Positions 38,511 through 49,267 of a DNA stretch of 64,000 nucleotides are shown here, in pieces; within the stretch, counting starts at the first letter, position 1; each line of letters starts with the position of its first letter. Origin of the DNA: Alphaproteobacteria bacterium. GTDB lineage: Bacteria; Pseudomonadota; Alphaproteobacteria; UBA828. Both the position numbers and the translations under genes were made by a program. The stretch covers positions 160,001 through 224,000 of the forward strand of contig CAXXVO010000002.1 of assembly GCA_963422645.2 (NCBI GenBank), in the 5' to 3' direction. The notes under the pieces were generated by a model. The model searched no databases, was not told where the DNA came from, and saw only the letters and a program-made list of their open reading frames with translations.

Positions 38511-40946
38511 GTTTCAGGCGGTTTTTCGCTGGGTGTCGCGCCCGAGGTCTGATATTATAATTTGATACCAATTGCACGGTCTCAACCATGCCCAGTACCC
38601 TCCCAATGTGCCCTCCAGAGGCGGTCTCGATCGGCAACAGCTGCTTCGCCGTCCTGATCTCGGACGACACCTTCACCTACTTTTCCAACCTCATTCCCTT
38701 TGACAGCCACGCCGCCGATGACCGCACGGCCATGCTCTTGCGGATCGGCCGCCTCGCGGCGATCAGCGCGGTCTCGCCGCAGGAACTGGCTGACGCTTTC
38801 GCTGTCTCGCGCGCGACGGTGCAGCGCGCACGACGGCGCTACCTGGCCGAGGGCGAAGCGGGGTTCATGAAGCCCCGGCGCGGTCGCGGGCCGTCGGTGT
38901 TCACTCCGGAGTTGGCGGAGAAGGCGACGGCGTTGCTGGCATCGGGCCTGAGCGGCTCTGCGGCGGCCCGGGTTCTCGGCGTGTCAGCGCCATCGGTCAA
39001 CAAGTGGCGCCGTCAGGGACTGATCGGCAACACGGAGGCGGATGGGGAGCCCGGACGCTCAGCGCTGGCTGCGCCGCCTGACGCGGGTGCGGCTCCTGAA
39101 GGCCGTGTCGATGAAGAGAGTACCGGTGCCCCGGGGCCGGAGACGGCGCCGGGGCTGGAAGCGCAGCCGCAAACGGATCGCAGCGCGCGCGATCGGCGGG
39201 ACCGGCAGGCGCCGATGGGGCGTGCGACTTGCGATGTTCCGGCTCGGGTTCTGGCCAGTTGTGGACAGGCGGGGCCGGTCGAACCGCAGTTCGCCGCCGC
39301 CGCCCGCGGTGTCCGCTTCGGCGGCGTGCTCGCCGCCCTGCCGGCCCTGCTGAAGGAAGGTCTTCTCTCCGAGACCGGTCTCCTGCCATTGCTGCCGAAG
39401 GGCTATTACGGCTTGCCTACGATCCTGCTCTTCCTGGCCTTCATGACCTTGGCGCGGGTGCGCAACCCCGAGAGCCTGCGCTACCAGGCGCCGGGCGAAT
39501 GGGGCGCCATTCTCGGCCTCGATCGCTGCCCCGAGGTCAAGACGCTGCGCCGCAAGATCGCTCTCATCGCCGACGACGAGGCCGGCGTGCGGGCGTGGCA
39601 GCTCGCCCTTGCCAGGCGCTGGCAAGGCCGACGAGCCGGAGCTCTGGGCGACGCTGGCCATCGACGGGCACGTCAAGGTCTACTCCGGCCGCAAGGGGCG
39701 CTTGCCCAAGCACTTCGTCTCGCGCGAGAAGCTGTGCCTGCCGGCGAGCGCCAGCTACTGGATCAACGCTCTGGGCGGCAAGCCGCTGCTCTGTCTGCAC
39801 AAGCCGCTGGACCCGAAGATGGTCGCGGCCATCGAAGCCGACGTGGTGCCGGCGCTGCAGGAGCTTGGGATCGTTGGCGCCGGGGCGCCGGACCTGACCG
39901 CCGAGCATCCCGGCCAGCCGGCGCTCACCCTGGTCTTCGACCGCGAGGGCTGGAGCCCGGATCTGTTCCGCCGGCTGGCGAGGCGCGGCGTCGCCTGCCT
40001 GACCTGGCACAAGAACTTCAGGGGCGAGGACTGGCCGGCCGAGGACTTCGGCGCGATGACCGTTCCCATTCACGGACCGGCGGCGGACGGCAGCGCCACC
40101 ATGCGGCTGGCTGAGAAGCCGGTGACGTTGCCGAACGGCTTCAGGGTGCGCCAGATCCGCCGCCTGCTCGACAACGGCCGTCAGGTGCCGCTGATCACCA
40201 CCGATCCGCACAAGCCGATGGCTGAGGTTGCGGGCGCCATGTTCTCGCGCTGGTCGCAGGAGAACTTCTTCAAGTACATGCGTGACGAGTTCAATCTCGA
40301 CGCCCTGCCGACCCACGAGCTCGAGCCTCTCGATCCCGCCGCCATGGTCGTCAACCCGCTGCGGCGGGCCTATGACAAGGCAATCCATCGCCTCGACCGC
40401 CAGCTTGGCCGCCTGCGCAACCGCATCGCCGACACGGCCCGGAAGAAGCAGCCGACGGCGGAACTCAGGAGGGAAGTCAGGGACCTCCAGGATGTCCGCG
40501 ACATCGTCAGGGCCAGCCGCAGGGAGACGCCCAAGCACTGCCGGGCCGGCGACCTCGACGAAGCCGAGCAGCTCGATGCCTTGCCCGCGCGCGAGCGCCT
40601 CCTCCTCGACGTCATCCGGATGATCGCCTACCGCGCCGAAACCCGCATGATGATTCCCGTCATGCAGGCGCAGGGCCACAAGCCCCATCCCCGGAAACTG
40701 CTTCAAGCGCTGCTCACCGCCGATGCCGACATCCTGCCGGATCCTGGCAATGGCCTCCTGCGGGTCCACATTCTTGGCCTCGCAAACGACGCCTGCGACC
40801 GTTGGATCGATGCGGTTCTGAGCGACCTGAACGCCACCGAAACGGTCTTCCCCGGCACCCGTCTGCGCATAGTCTACGACATCGACGGGGCCTCGGAATC
40901 CGCGCGGCTCGTGTCACCTAAAATCAGCAGAGGTCAGGAAGTCTGA
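38511..40946 (+). mobile_element. Unclassified DDE IS with TCAGACTTCCTGACCTC ends; left end lost at the IS66 junction
   Basis: Near-identical to 45614-49157; right IR contains the transposase stop codon. Confidence 0.88.
38588..40946 (+). pseudogene. HTH + DDE transposase with a +1 frameshift near 39624
   Basis: HTH segments; AIDGH, VFDREG, RWSQENFFK acidic triad; ORFs 38588-40114 and 39609-40946. Confidence 0.8.
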
Positions 40947-41334
40947 GGTTAGTACGACGACAGGGTTCCCCTGACACTTGTGGCGTGTCGGCTGGTGCGT
41001 TGTTGGGAGAATAGATGAGCAGTTGGCTTCGCGCTTGGTCGGTGGAGGTGGCATAGGTCGGGAAGTTAGAGCGAGTACGGTCAGGGTTCAACCCGAAGGC
41101 GGGTCGCATACCGACGTTCTCCAGCTGTTAATGCGGGAGCCTTTGCCCGTGGGCCCGGCGTAGCCAAGGATTGCGCTCGCTTGCCCGGCAAGGTGTTGGA
41201 ACCTGAAGTGACCGCAACGGGGTCGCCGTCGAACTCCATCTTATGGGCGACGGCACCGGAGCTGATGGGGCTGGTGGACCTCCACGCCGTTCGTCCTCGG
41301 AAAGGGTCGGATCGGAGCGGCTGCGCCCGGAAAG

Positions 41335-42288
41335 TCACTCGCGGGTGCGCCGGATGTAGACGGCTGCTGCGAGCAGAATAAGCGCGCCCTTCACCACCAT
41401 CTGGAACTCGATGGAGAGGCCCAGGATGACGACGATGTTGAAGAGCGAGACCAGGATCAGCGCCGCCAGCAGGGCGCCGATCACGCTGCCCTTGCCGCCG
41501 CGCAGGGACGCGCCGCCGATCACCGCTGCCGCGATGCTGTCCAGCTCATAGCCCTGGCCGGTCCAGTTATCGACGATCCCGACGTAGCCGACCAGGAAAA
41601 GGCCGGCGATGGCGGCGAGAACGCCGGAGATGACGTAGGCCGAGATCAGGATGCGCTTGACCGGCAGGCCGCTCATGTGGGCGGCCTCCGGATTGTCGCC
41701 GTAGAGCAGGAACTGCCGTCCGGGCACGCTCCGCTCCAGCATCCAGTGCGCCACGAACGCAACCCCGATCAGCACGATCAGGATCACGGGCACGCCGCCG
41801 ATGTCGCCGGTCGCCAGGTACCGGAAGGTCTCCGGCAACGAGCCGCTCGGCGCGCCCTTGGTGTAGGCGAAGCGGATGCCCTGCAGCACGATCATCGTCG
41901 CCAGCGTCGCGAGGAAGGGCGTCACCTGCCGGTAGCTGACGAGGTAGCCGTTGACGCCGCCGACCAGGGCGCCGAGCAGCAGGGCGGCGACGAAGGCGGT
42001 GGCGGTGTTGTCGAAGACGCCGATGGAGAGCACCGCCGCAGTCGCCATGATCGAGGCCACGGAAAGGTCCAGGCCGCGCACCACGATCACGATCATCTGG
42101 CCGATGACGACGAAGCCGAGCGGCGCGGCCTGTACCAGAATGTCGGTAATGTTCTTGACGCTCAGGAAGCGCGGCGAAAGCACGGTCGTGATCGCCCAGA
42201 TCACGACGAGAAATGCCAGCAGCAGCAGGACTTCGCGGGTCTTCCGGCCCCTGACCGTGCCGCCGCCGCCGAGGAGGCGCACCATCAT
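41335..42288 (-). CDS. Ribose-type sugar ABC permease
   Basis: GLDLSV, GDNPEAA..SG, YELDSIAAAVIGG. Confidence 0.9.
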   Translation of the reverse strand: MMVRLLGGGGTVRGRKTREVLLLLAFLVVIWAITTVLSPRFLSVKNITDILVQAAPLGFVVIGQMIVIVVRGLDLSVASIMATAAVLSIGVFDNTATAFVAALLLGALVGGVNGYLVSYRQVTPFLATLATMIVLQGIRFAYTKGAPSGSLPETFRYLATGDIGGVPVILIVLIGVAFVAHWMLERSVPGRQFLLYGDNPEAAHMSGLPVKRILISAYVISGVLAAIAGLFLVGYVGIVDNWTGQGYELDSIAAAVIGGASLRGGKGSVIGALLAALILVSLFNIVVILGLSIEFQMVVKGALILLAAAVYIRRTRE

Positions 42289-43232
42289 GACCGCGACCTC
42301 GCGACGAAGAGCGAGACGGCGGCGACGATGATGACGCCTTCGACGATCCACAGATAGAAGTTGGAAACGTTCAAGAAGTTCAGAACGTTGGAGAGCAGGG
42401 CCAGCAGGATGACCGCCAGAAAGGTGCCGAGCACGCCGCCGCGGCCGCCGGCGAGCAGGGTGCCGCCGACAATCACCGGCGTAATCGAGCGCAGATCGAA
42501 CCCGATCCCCGCGCGCGGGTCGCCCACCCCGAACCGGCCCACCATGTAGATCGCGGCCAGCGCGACGATGAAGCCGGAGAGCGCATAGATCAGCACCTTG
42601 GTCCGCTTGACCGGGACGCCGGAGATCGTCGCCGCCCGCTCGTCGTCGCCGATGGCATAGACGCGGATGCCGAAGCGGGTGCGCCAGAGCACGAAGCCGA
42701 CGAGCACGTAGGCGGTGATGACGAAGAGCGTCCCCCACGGGAGGAGGCCGAAAAACCGGGCATAGACGATGTCTTCGAAGAAGATCGGCACCGAGCCGGA
42801 AGGCTGCTTGGTTTGGAGCAGCGCCGTGCCGGCCAGGATGGTCGATGTGGCGAGCGTCACGATCAGCGGGTGAATGCCGGAATAAGCGACGATTCCGCCG
42901 GTGAGCGCGCCGATCGCCGTGCCGAGCGCGAGAATGCCGATATAGGCGGCAGTGAAGGTCGCCGGATCGGAGCCAGCGAAGGTCGCGAACAGCACCGAGA
43001 GGAGGCCGAGCAGCCCGGCGAAGGAGAGGTCGATGCCGCCCGACAGGATCACCACCGTCTGGGCCAGCGCCACCAGCGCCAGCGCGACCAGCTGATCCTG
43101 CACATTGGCGATGTTGAGCACGGTGACGAAACGGTCGGACGCGAACACGCCGACGATGAAGACCGCCGCGATCAGCCCGACGATCGCCAGATGGACCTTC
43201 TGGAAGCGGGCGGCGCGGGCGAAGTCAGTCAT
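42285..43232 (-). CDS. Ribose-type sugar ABC permease
   Basis: GGIDLS, AIGDDERAATISG, VIVGGT. Confidence 0.9.
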   Translation of the reverse strand: MTDFARAARFQKVHLAIVGLIAAVFIVGVFASDRFVTVLNIANVQDQLVALALVALAQTVVILSGGIDLSFAGLLGLLSVLFATFAGSDPATFTAAYIGILALGTAIGALTGGIVAYSGIHPLIVTLATSTILAGTALLQTKQPSGSVPIFFEDIVYARFFGLLPWGTLFVITAYVLVGFVLWRTRFGIRVYAIGDDERAATISGVPVKRTKVLIYALSGFIVALAAIYMVGRFGVGDPRAGIGFDLRSITPVIVGGTLLAGGRGGVLGTFLAVILLALLSNVLNFLNVSNFYLWIVEGVIIVAAVSLFVARSRS

Positions 43233-44751
43233 GGGACTGGGATACGGACGCATCGCCGCCCGTCGCGCCGGCGGCCGCTGCCATGATTCCGTCCTCGGTG
43301 ATGGCGTCGCCGAGCAGTTCGGCGACCAGAGCGCCGTCGCGCATGACGTGGACCCGGTCGCACAGCCCGACGACCTCGATCAGCTCGGAGGAGATGACCA
43401 GGATTGCCACGCCGTCTGCGGCCAGACGGCGCAGGGTGCGGTAGATCTCGGCCTTGGTGGCGACGTCCACGCCGCGGGTCGGCTCGTCGAGGAGCAGGAC
43501 GCGCGGGGCGTTCTCAAGCAGCCGGCCGATCAGCACCTTCTGCTGGTTGCCACCGGAAAGCGCCGAGATGGGCTGCCCGACGTGATCGACGACGACCTTG
43601 AAGCGCTCGACGACGGAGCGGGAGCGCCTCTCCTCCTCCTGCGGTGAGAGCGCAAGCGCTCGGGCACCCTTGCCCAGCGTCGACGCCGCGAAATTCCAGG
43701 CGACCGAGGCGTCGGGAAAGAGACCGTCGGCCTTGCGGTCCTCCGTCAGCATGGCCAAACCGCCGGCGAGGCTACGGCCTGGCGAGCGCCTGTTATAGGA
43801 CTTGCCGGAGAGCTCGACGGCCCCGCTGCCGCGTGCCGCGCCGAAGATCGCAAGCGCGAGCTCGGTCCTCCCGGAGCCCACCAGGCCCGCCAGCCCGACG
43901 ATCTCGCCGGGGCGGAGGTCCAGGTCGACCGGTGCCGTGCTGCCCTCGGTGGTGAGGCCGCTTAGCGACAGCACCGGCTCGTTCTCGCTCGCAGGTCCGC
44001 TCTTCGGCGGGAAGAGCTCGCCCAGGCTGCGGCCGACCATGGCGGAGACGACCCGGTCGTGGTCGTAGTCCTCGATCGGCCCCGACGAGGTTACGTCGCC
44101 GTCCTTCAGGACGCAGATGTCGGTGCAGACCTCGAATATCTCGTCCAGGCGGTGCGAGACGTAGACCAGCCCCATCCCCTGGTCCCGCAGGTCGCGCAGA
44201 ATCCGGAACAGATGGTCGATTTCGCGGTGGGAGAGCACAGCCGTCGGCTCGTCCAGGATGAGCACGCGCGCCCTGGAGCGCAGTGCCTTGGCGATCTCCA
44301 CCATCTGCGCCTCGGCGACGCTCAGCCGCTCCAGCGGCGTGTCGGGGTCGAGATCGATGCCGAGCTCGTGCAGCAGGTCGCGACAGTCGCGGCGCAGCGC
44401 GCGCCGGTCGACCAGGCCGAGCCGGTTGCGTGGCTCCTTCTCCAGAAACACGTTCTCGGCCACCGTGAGCGCCGAGATGGTCGAGAATTCCTGATGGACG
44501 ACGGCGATGCCGGCGGCGATCGCCTCCTTGGGTCCGGCGAAGACCACCGGCGCGCCATCCAGAAGGACTTGCCCGGCGGATGGCGTATAGACGCCGGTCA
44601 TGAGCTTGATGAGGGTCGACTTGCCGGCGCCGTTCTCGCCGCACAGCGCAATGTTGCGCCCGGCGATCACCTCGAAGTCGATGTTGCGGAGGACCTCGTT
44701 GCTGCCGAAGAGCTTCGTCATGCCCCGTGCGGCAAGCACCGGATCAGCCAT
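43225..44751 (-). CDS. Sugar ABC ATP-binding protein (RbsA-like, two NBDs)
   Basis: GENGAGKS, LSGGNQQK, DEPTRGVD. Confidence 0.92.
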   Translation of the reverse strand: MADPVLAARGMTKLFGSNEVLRNIDFEVIAGRNIALCGENGAGKSTLIKLMTGVYTPSAGQVLLDGAPVVFAGPKEAIAAGIAVVHQEFSTISALTVAENVFLEKEPRNRLGLVDRRALRRDCRDLLHELGIDLDPDTPLERLSVAEAQMVEIAKALRSRARVLILDEPTAVLSHREIDHLFRILRDLRDQGMGLVYVSHRLDEIFEVCTDICVLKDGDVTSSGPIEDYDHDRVVSAMVGRSLGELFPPKSGPASENEPVLSLSGLTTEGSTAPVDLDLRPGEIVGLAGLVGSGRTELALAIFGAARGSGAVELSGKSYNRRSPGRSLAGGLAMLTEDRKADGLFPDASVAWNFAASTLGKGARALALSPQEEERRSRSVVERFKVVVDHVGQPISALSGGNQQKVLIGRLLENAPRVLLLDEPTRGVDVATKAEIYRTLRRLAADGVAILVISSELIEVVGLCDRVHVMRDGALVAELLGDAITEDGIMAAAAGATGGDASVSQSHD

Positions 44752-44980
44752 GTCGCCTTTCCTCCGGGCGGCGGCCTCCGGCCGCCATGGCGAACGGCCC
44801 CCCGGCCGCGCAATGGCATTCATTTGGCGCGAAGATTGTTCCGGGGTTTTTTTGGTGGTGTCGTAACGAGTTGATTTCTTGTGTGGATTGTCGGTCTCGG
44901 CGTTTCCCGCACGAGGGGGATTGACCGGCGGCGTGTGCTTTGGCACACTGTGGCTGTCCCCCTGTCAGTGGAGCCGGCCC

Positions 44981-45613
44981 ATGGACCCCCGCATCACCGC
45001 GCTGAAGTCGACGACCTTTTTCGGCAGACGTCTGACCCGCCGGCAGATTGCCGACATCCAGGAGACGGTGGCGCTGTTTCCGGCGATCAGCCGCAACGAG
45101 CTCGGGCACACGATCTGCGAGCATTTGAACTGGCGCGCGCCGAGCGGGCGGAACCGTGTCGCGGTCTGCCTGCGGATGCTGGAGGAGTTGGAGCGGCTGG
45201 GCATCCTGACCCTGCCGGCGCGGGACGAGGCGCAGGTGCGGGGGCCGCAGGAGGCGATGGCCCGGAGCGAGCGGACGGCGCCGGCCGCGGCGATCGCGGA
45301 GGACCTGGCCGCGCTGATGCCGCTGCGCCTGTCGATTGCGGCGGGCAAGGAGGAGGGCGGGCTGTGGAACGAGTTCGTCGCGCGCCACCACTATCTCGGG
45401 CTGCATCGTCTGGGGTCGGCGCGCATCTGCGCTATTTTCTCCTGGACCGCCACGGGCGGCCTCTGGGCTGCCTTCTGTTTGCCCGGGCGTCGCGCACGCT
45501 GCCCTGCCGCGACGAGTGGATCGGGTGGCCGGCGGAAGGCTTCCGCAAGCACCTCGATCTGGTCGTGGGTCACACGCGTTTCCTGATCTTTCCCTGGGTC
45601 CGGGTCGACAACC
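44981..45613 (+). pseudogene. N-terminal DUF4338 (DruA/Mom-like) part of the IS4 fusion; frameshift near 45410
   Basis: TICEHLNWR, WNEFVARHHYLG, RDEWIGW, RFLIFPWV. Confidence 0.78.
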
Positions 45614-48600
45614 TCAGACTTCCTGACCTCTGCTGATTTTAGGTGACACGAGCCGCGCGGATTCCGAGGCCCCGTCGATGTCGTAGACTCAGACTTCCTG
45701 ACCTCTGCTGATTTTAGGTGACACGAGCCGCGCGGATTCCGAGGCCCCGTCGATGTCGTAGACTATGCGCAGACGGGTGCCGGGGAAGACCGTTTCGGTG
45801 GCGTTCAGGTCGCTCAGAACCGCATCGATCCAACGGTCGCAGGCGTCGTTTGCGAGGCCAAGAATGTGGACCCGCAGGAGGCCACAACTGGCCAGAACCC
45901 GAGCCGGAACATCGCAAGTCGCACGCCCCATCGGCGCCTGCCGGTCCCGCCGATCGCGCGCGCTGCGATCCGTTTGCGGCTGCGCTTCCAGCCCCGGCGC
46001 CGTCTCCGGCCCCGGGGCACCGGTACTCTCTTCATCGACACGGCCTTCAGGAGCCGCACCCGCGTCAGGCGGCGCAGCCAGCGCTGAGCGTCCGGGCTCC
46101 CCATCCGCCTCCGTGTTGCCGATCAGTCCCTGACGGCGCCACTTGTTGACCGATGGCGCTGACACGCCGAGAACCCGGGCCGCCGCAGAGCCGCTCAGGC
46201 CCGATGCCAGCAACGCCGTCGCCTTCTCCGCCAACTCCGGAGTGAACACCGACGGCCCGCGACCGCGCCGGGGCTTCATGAACCCCGCTTCGCCCTCGGC
46301 CAGGTAGCGCCGTCGTGCGCGCTGCACCGTCGCGCGCGAGACAGCGAAAGCGTCAGCCAGTTCCTGCGGCGAGACCGCGCTGATCGCCGCGAGGCGGCCG
46401 ATCCGCAAGAGCATGGCCGTGCGGTCATCGGCGGCGTGGCTGTCAAAGGGAATGAGGTTGGAAAAGTAGGTGAAGGTGTCGTCCGAGATCAGGACGGCGA
46501 AGCAGCTGTTGCCGATCGAGACCGCCTCTGGAGGGCACATTGGGAGGGTACTGGGCATGGTTGAGACCGTGCAATTGGTATCAAATTATACTATCAGACC
46601 TCGGGCGCGACACCCAGCGAAAAACCGCCTGAAACAACCGAAATGTATCAGAATTCAAGGAGTTCCCGGCACGCTGCCCAGAACAGCCAGCATCACGAGG
46701 TCAGGAAGTCTGAGACTATGCGCAGACGGGTGCCGGGGAAGACCGTTTCGGTGGCGTTCAGGTCGCTCAGAACCGCATCGATCCAACGGTCGCAGGCGTC
46801 GTTTGCGAGGCCAAGAATGTGGACCCGCAGGAGGCCATTGCCAGGATCCGGCAGGATGTCGGCATCGGCGGTGAGCAGCGCTTGAAGCAGTTTCCGGGGA
46901 TGGGGCTTGTGGCCCTGCGCCTGCATGACGGGAAGCATCATGCGGGTTTCGGCGCGGTAGGCGATCATCCGGATGACGTCGAGGAGGAGGCGCTCGCGCG
47001 CGGGCAAGGCATCGAGCTGCTCGGCTTCGTCGAGGTCGCCGGCCCGGCAGTGCTTGGGCGTCTCCCTGCGGCTGGCCCTGACGATGTCGCGGACATCCTG
47101 GAGGTCCCTGACTTCCCTCCTGAGTTCCGCCGTCGGCTGCTTCTTCCGGGCCGTGTCGGCGATGCGGTTGCGCAGGCGGCCAAGCTGGCGGTCGAGGCGA
47201 TGGATTGCCTTGTCATAGGCCCGCCGCAGCGGGTTGACGACCATGGCGGCGGGATCGAGAGGCTCGAGCTCGTGGGTCGGCAGGGCGTCGAGATTGAACT
47301 CGTCACGCATGTACTTGAAGAAGTTCTCCTGCGACCAGCGCGAGAACATGGCGCCCGCAACCTCAGCCATCGGCTTGTGCGGATCGGTGGTGATCAGCGG
47401 CACCTGACGGCCGTTGTCGAGCAGGCGGCGGATCTGGCGCACCCTGAAGCCGTTCGGCAACGTCACCGGCTTCTCAGCCAGCCGCATGGTGGCGCTGCCG
47501 TCCGCCGCCGGTCCGTGAATGGGAACGGTCATCGCGCCGAAGTCCTCGGCCGGCCAGTCCTCGCCCCTGAAGTTCTTGTGCCAGGTCAGGCAGGCGACGC
47601 CGCGCCTCGCCAGCCGGCGGAACAGATCCGGGCTCCAGCCCTCGCGGTCGAAGACCAGGGTGAGCGCCGGCTGGCCGGGATGCTCGGCGGTCAGGTCCGG
47701 CGCCCCGGCGCCAACGATCCCAAGCTCCTGCAGCGCCGGCACCACGTCGGCTTCGATGGCCGCGACCATCTTCGGGTCCAGCGGCTTGTGCAGACAGAGC
47801 AGCGGCTTGCCGCCCAGAGCGTTGATCCAGTAGCTGGCGCTCGCCGGCAGGCACAGCTTCTCGCGCGAGACGAAGTGCTTGGGCAAGCGCCCCTTGCGGC
47901 CGGAGTAGACCTTGACGTGCCCGTCGATGGCCAGCGTCGCCCAGAGCTCCGGCTCGTCGGCCTTGCCAGCGCCTGGCAAGGGCGAGCTGCCACGCCCGCA
48001 CGCCGGCCTCGTCGTCGGCGATGAGAGCGATCTTGCGGCGCAGCGTCTTGACCTCGGGGCAGCGATCGAGGCCGAGAATGGCGCCCCATTCGCCCGGCGC
48101 CTGGTAGCGCAGGCTCTCGGGGTTGCGCACCCGCGCCAAGGTCATGAAGGCCAGGAAGAGCAGGATCGTAGGCAAGCCGTAATAGCCCTTCGGCAGCAAT
48201 GGCAGGAGACCGGTCTCGGAGAGAAGACCTTCCTTCAGCAGGGCCGGCAGGGCGGCGAGCACGCCGCCGAAGCGGACACCGCGGGCGGCGGCGGCGAACT
48301 GCGGTTCGACCGGCCCCGCCTGTCCACAACTGGCCAGAACCCGAGCCGGAACATCGCAAGTCGCACGCCCCATCGGCGCCTGCCGGTCCCGCCGATCGCG
48401 CGCGCTGCGATCCGTTTGCGGCTGCGCTTCCAGCCCCGGCGCCGTCTCCGGCCCCGGGGCACCGGTACTCTCTTCATCGACACGGCCTTCAGGAGCCGCA
48501 CCCGCGTCAGGCGGCGCAGCCAGCGCTGAGCGTCCGGGCTCCCCATCCGCCTCCGTGTTGCCGATCAGTCCCTGACGGCGCCACTTGTTGACCGATGGCG

Positions 48601-49157
48601 CTGACACGCCGAGAACCCGGGCCGCCGCAGAGCCGCTCAGGCCCGATGCCAGCAACGCCGTCGCCTTCTCCGCCAACTCCGGAGTGAACACCGACGGCCC
48701 GCGACCGCGCCGGGGCTTCATGAACCCCGCTTCGCCCTCGGCCAGGTAGCGCCGTCGTGCGCGCTGCACCGTCGCGCGCGAGACAGCGAAAGCGTCAGCC
48801 AGTTCCTGCGGCGAGACCGCGCTGATCGCCGCGAGGCGGCCGATCCGCAAGAGCATGGCCGTGCGGTCATCGGCGGCGTGGCTGTCAAAGGGAATGAGGT
48901 TGGAAAAGTAGGTGAAGGTGTCGTCCGAGATCAGGACGGCGAAGCAGCTGTTGCCGATCGAGACCGCCTCTGGAGGGCACATTGGGAGGGTACTGGGCAT
49001 GGTTGAGACCCCGTGCAATTGGTATCAAATTATAATATCAGACCTCGGGCGCGACACCCAGCGAAAAACCGCCTGAAACAACCGAAATGTATCAGAATTC
49101 AAGGAGTTCCCGGCACGCTGCCCAGAACAGCCAGCATCACGAGGTCAGGAAGTCTGA
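45614..49157 (-). mobile_element. Full-length TCAGA-ended IS (about 2.5 kb net) containing a nested deleted copy
   Basis: 17-bp perfect IRs; ACC on both flanks (45611-45613, 49158-49160); transposase starts at 49000 with the same frameshift. Confidence 0.9.
45689..46713 (-). mobile_element. 1025-bp non-autonomous derivative of the TCAGA IS (289-aa ORF 45689-46558)
   Basis: Both IRs present; GAC duplication (45686-45688, 46714-46716); in-frame internal deletion at a TGG microhomology. Confidence 0.9.
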
Positions 49158-49267
49158 ACCTCCTTTGCGCCGATCGAGAATCTCGATCGCCTCACCGTCG
49201 AAAGGATGCTTGTAGCGTCGAATGCGAACGGGCTCAGGAGCCTCGGAAGCCTGCAAGATAGTAGTCT

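Noticed and set aside
20513-49157. Recurring 70-90 bp sequence starting TCAGACTTCCTGACCTC as a CRISPR repeat or ncRNA
   Set aside because: Dispersed, no regular spacers or cas genes; it is the end of an IS and encodes the transposase C-terminus
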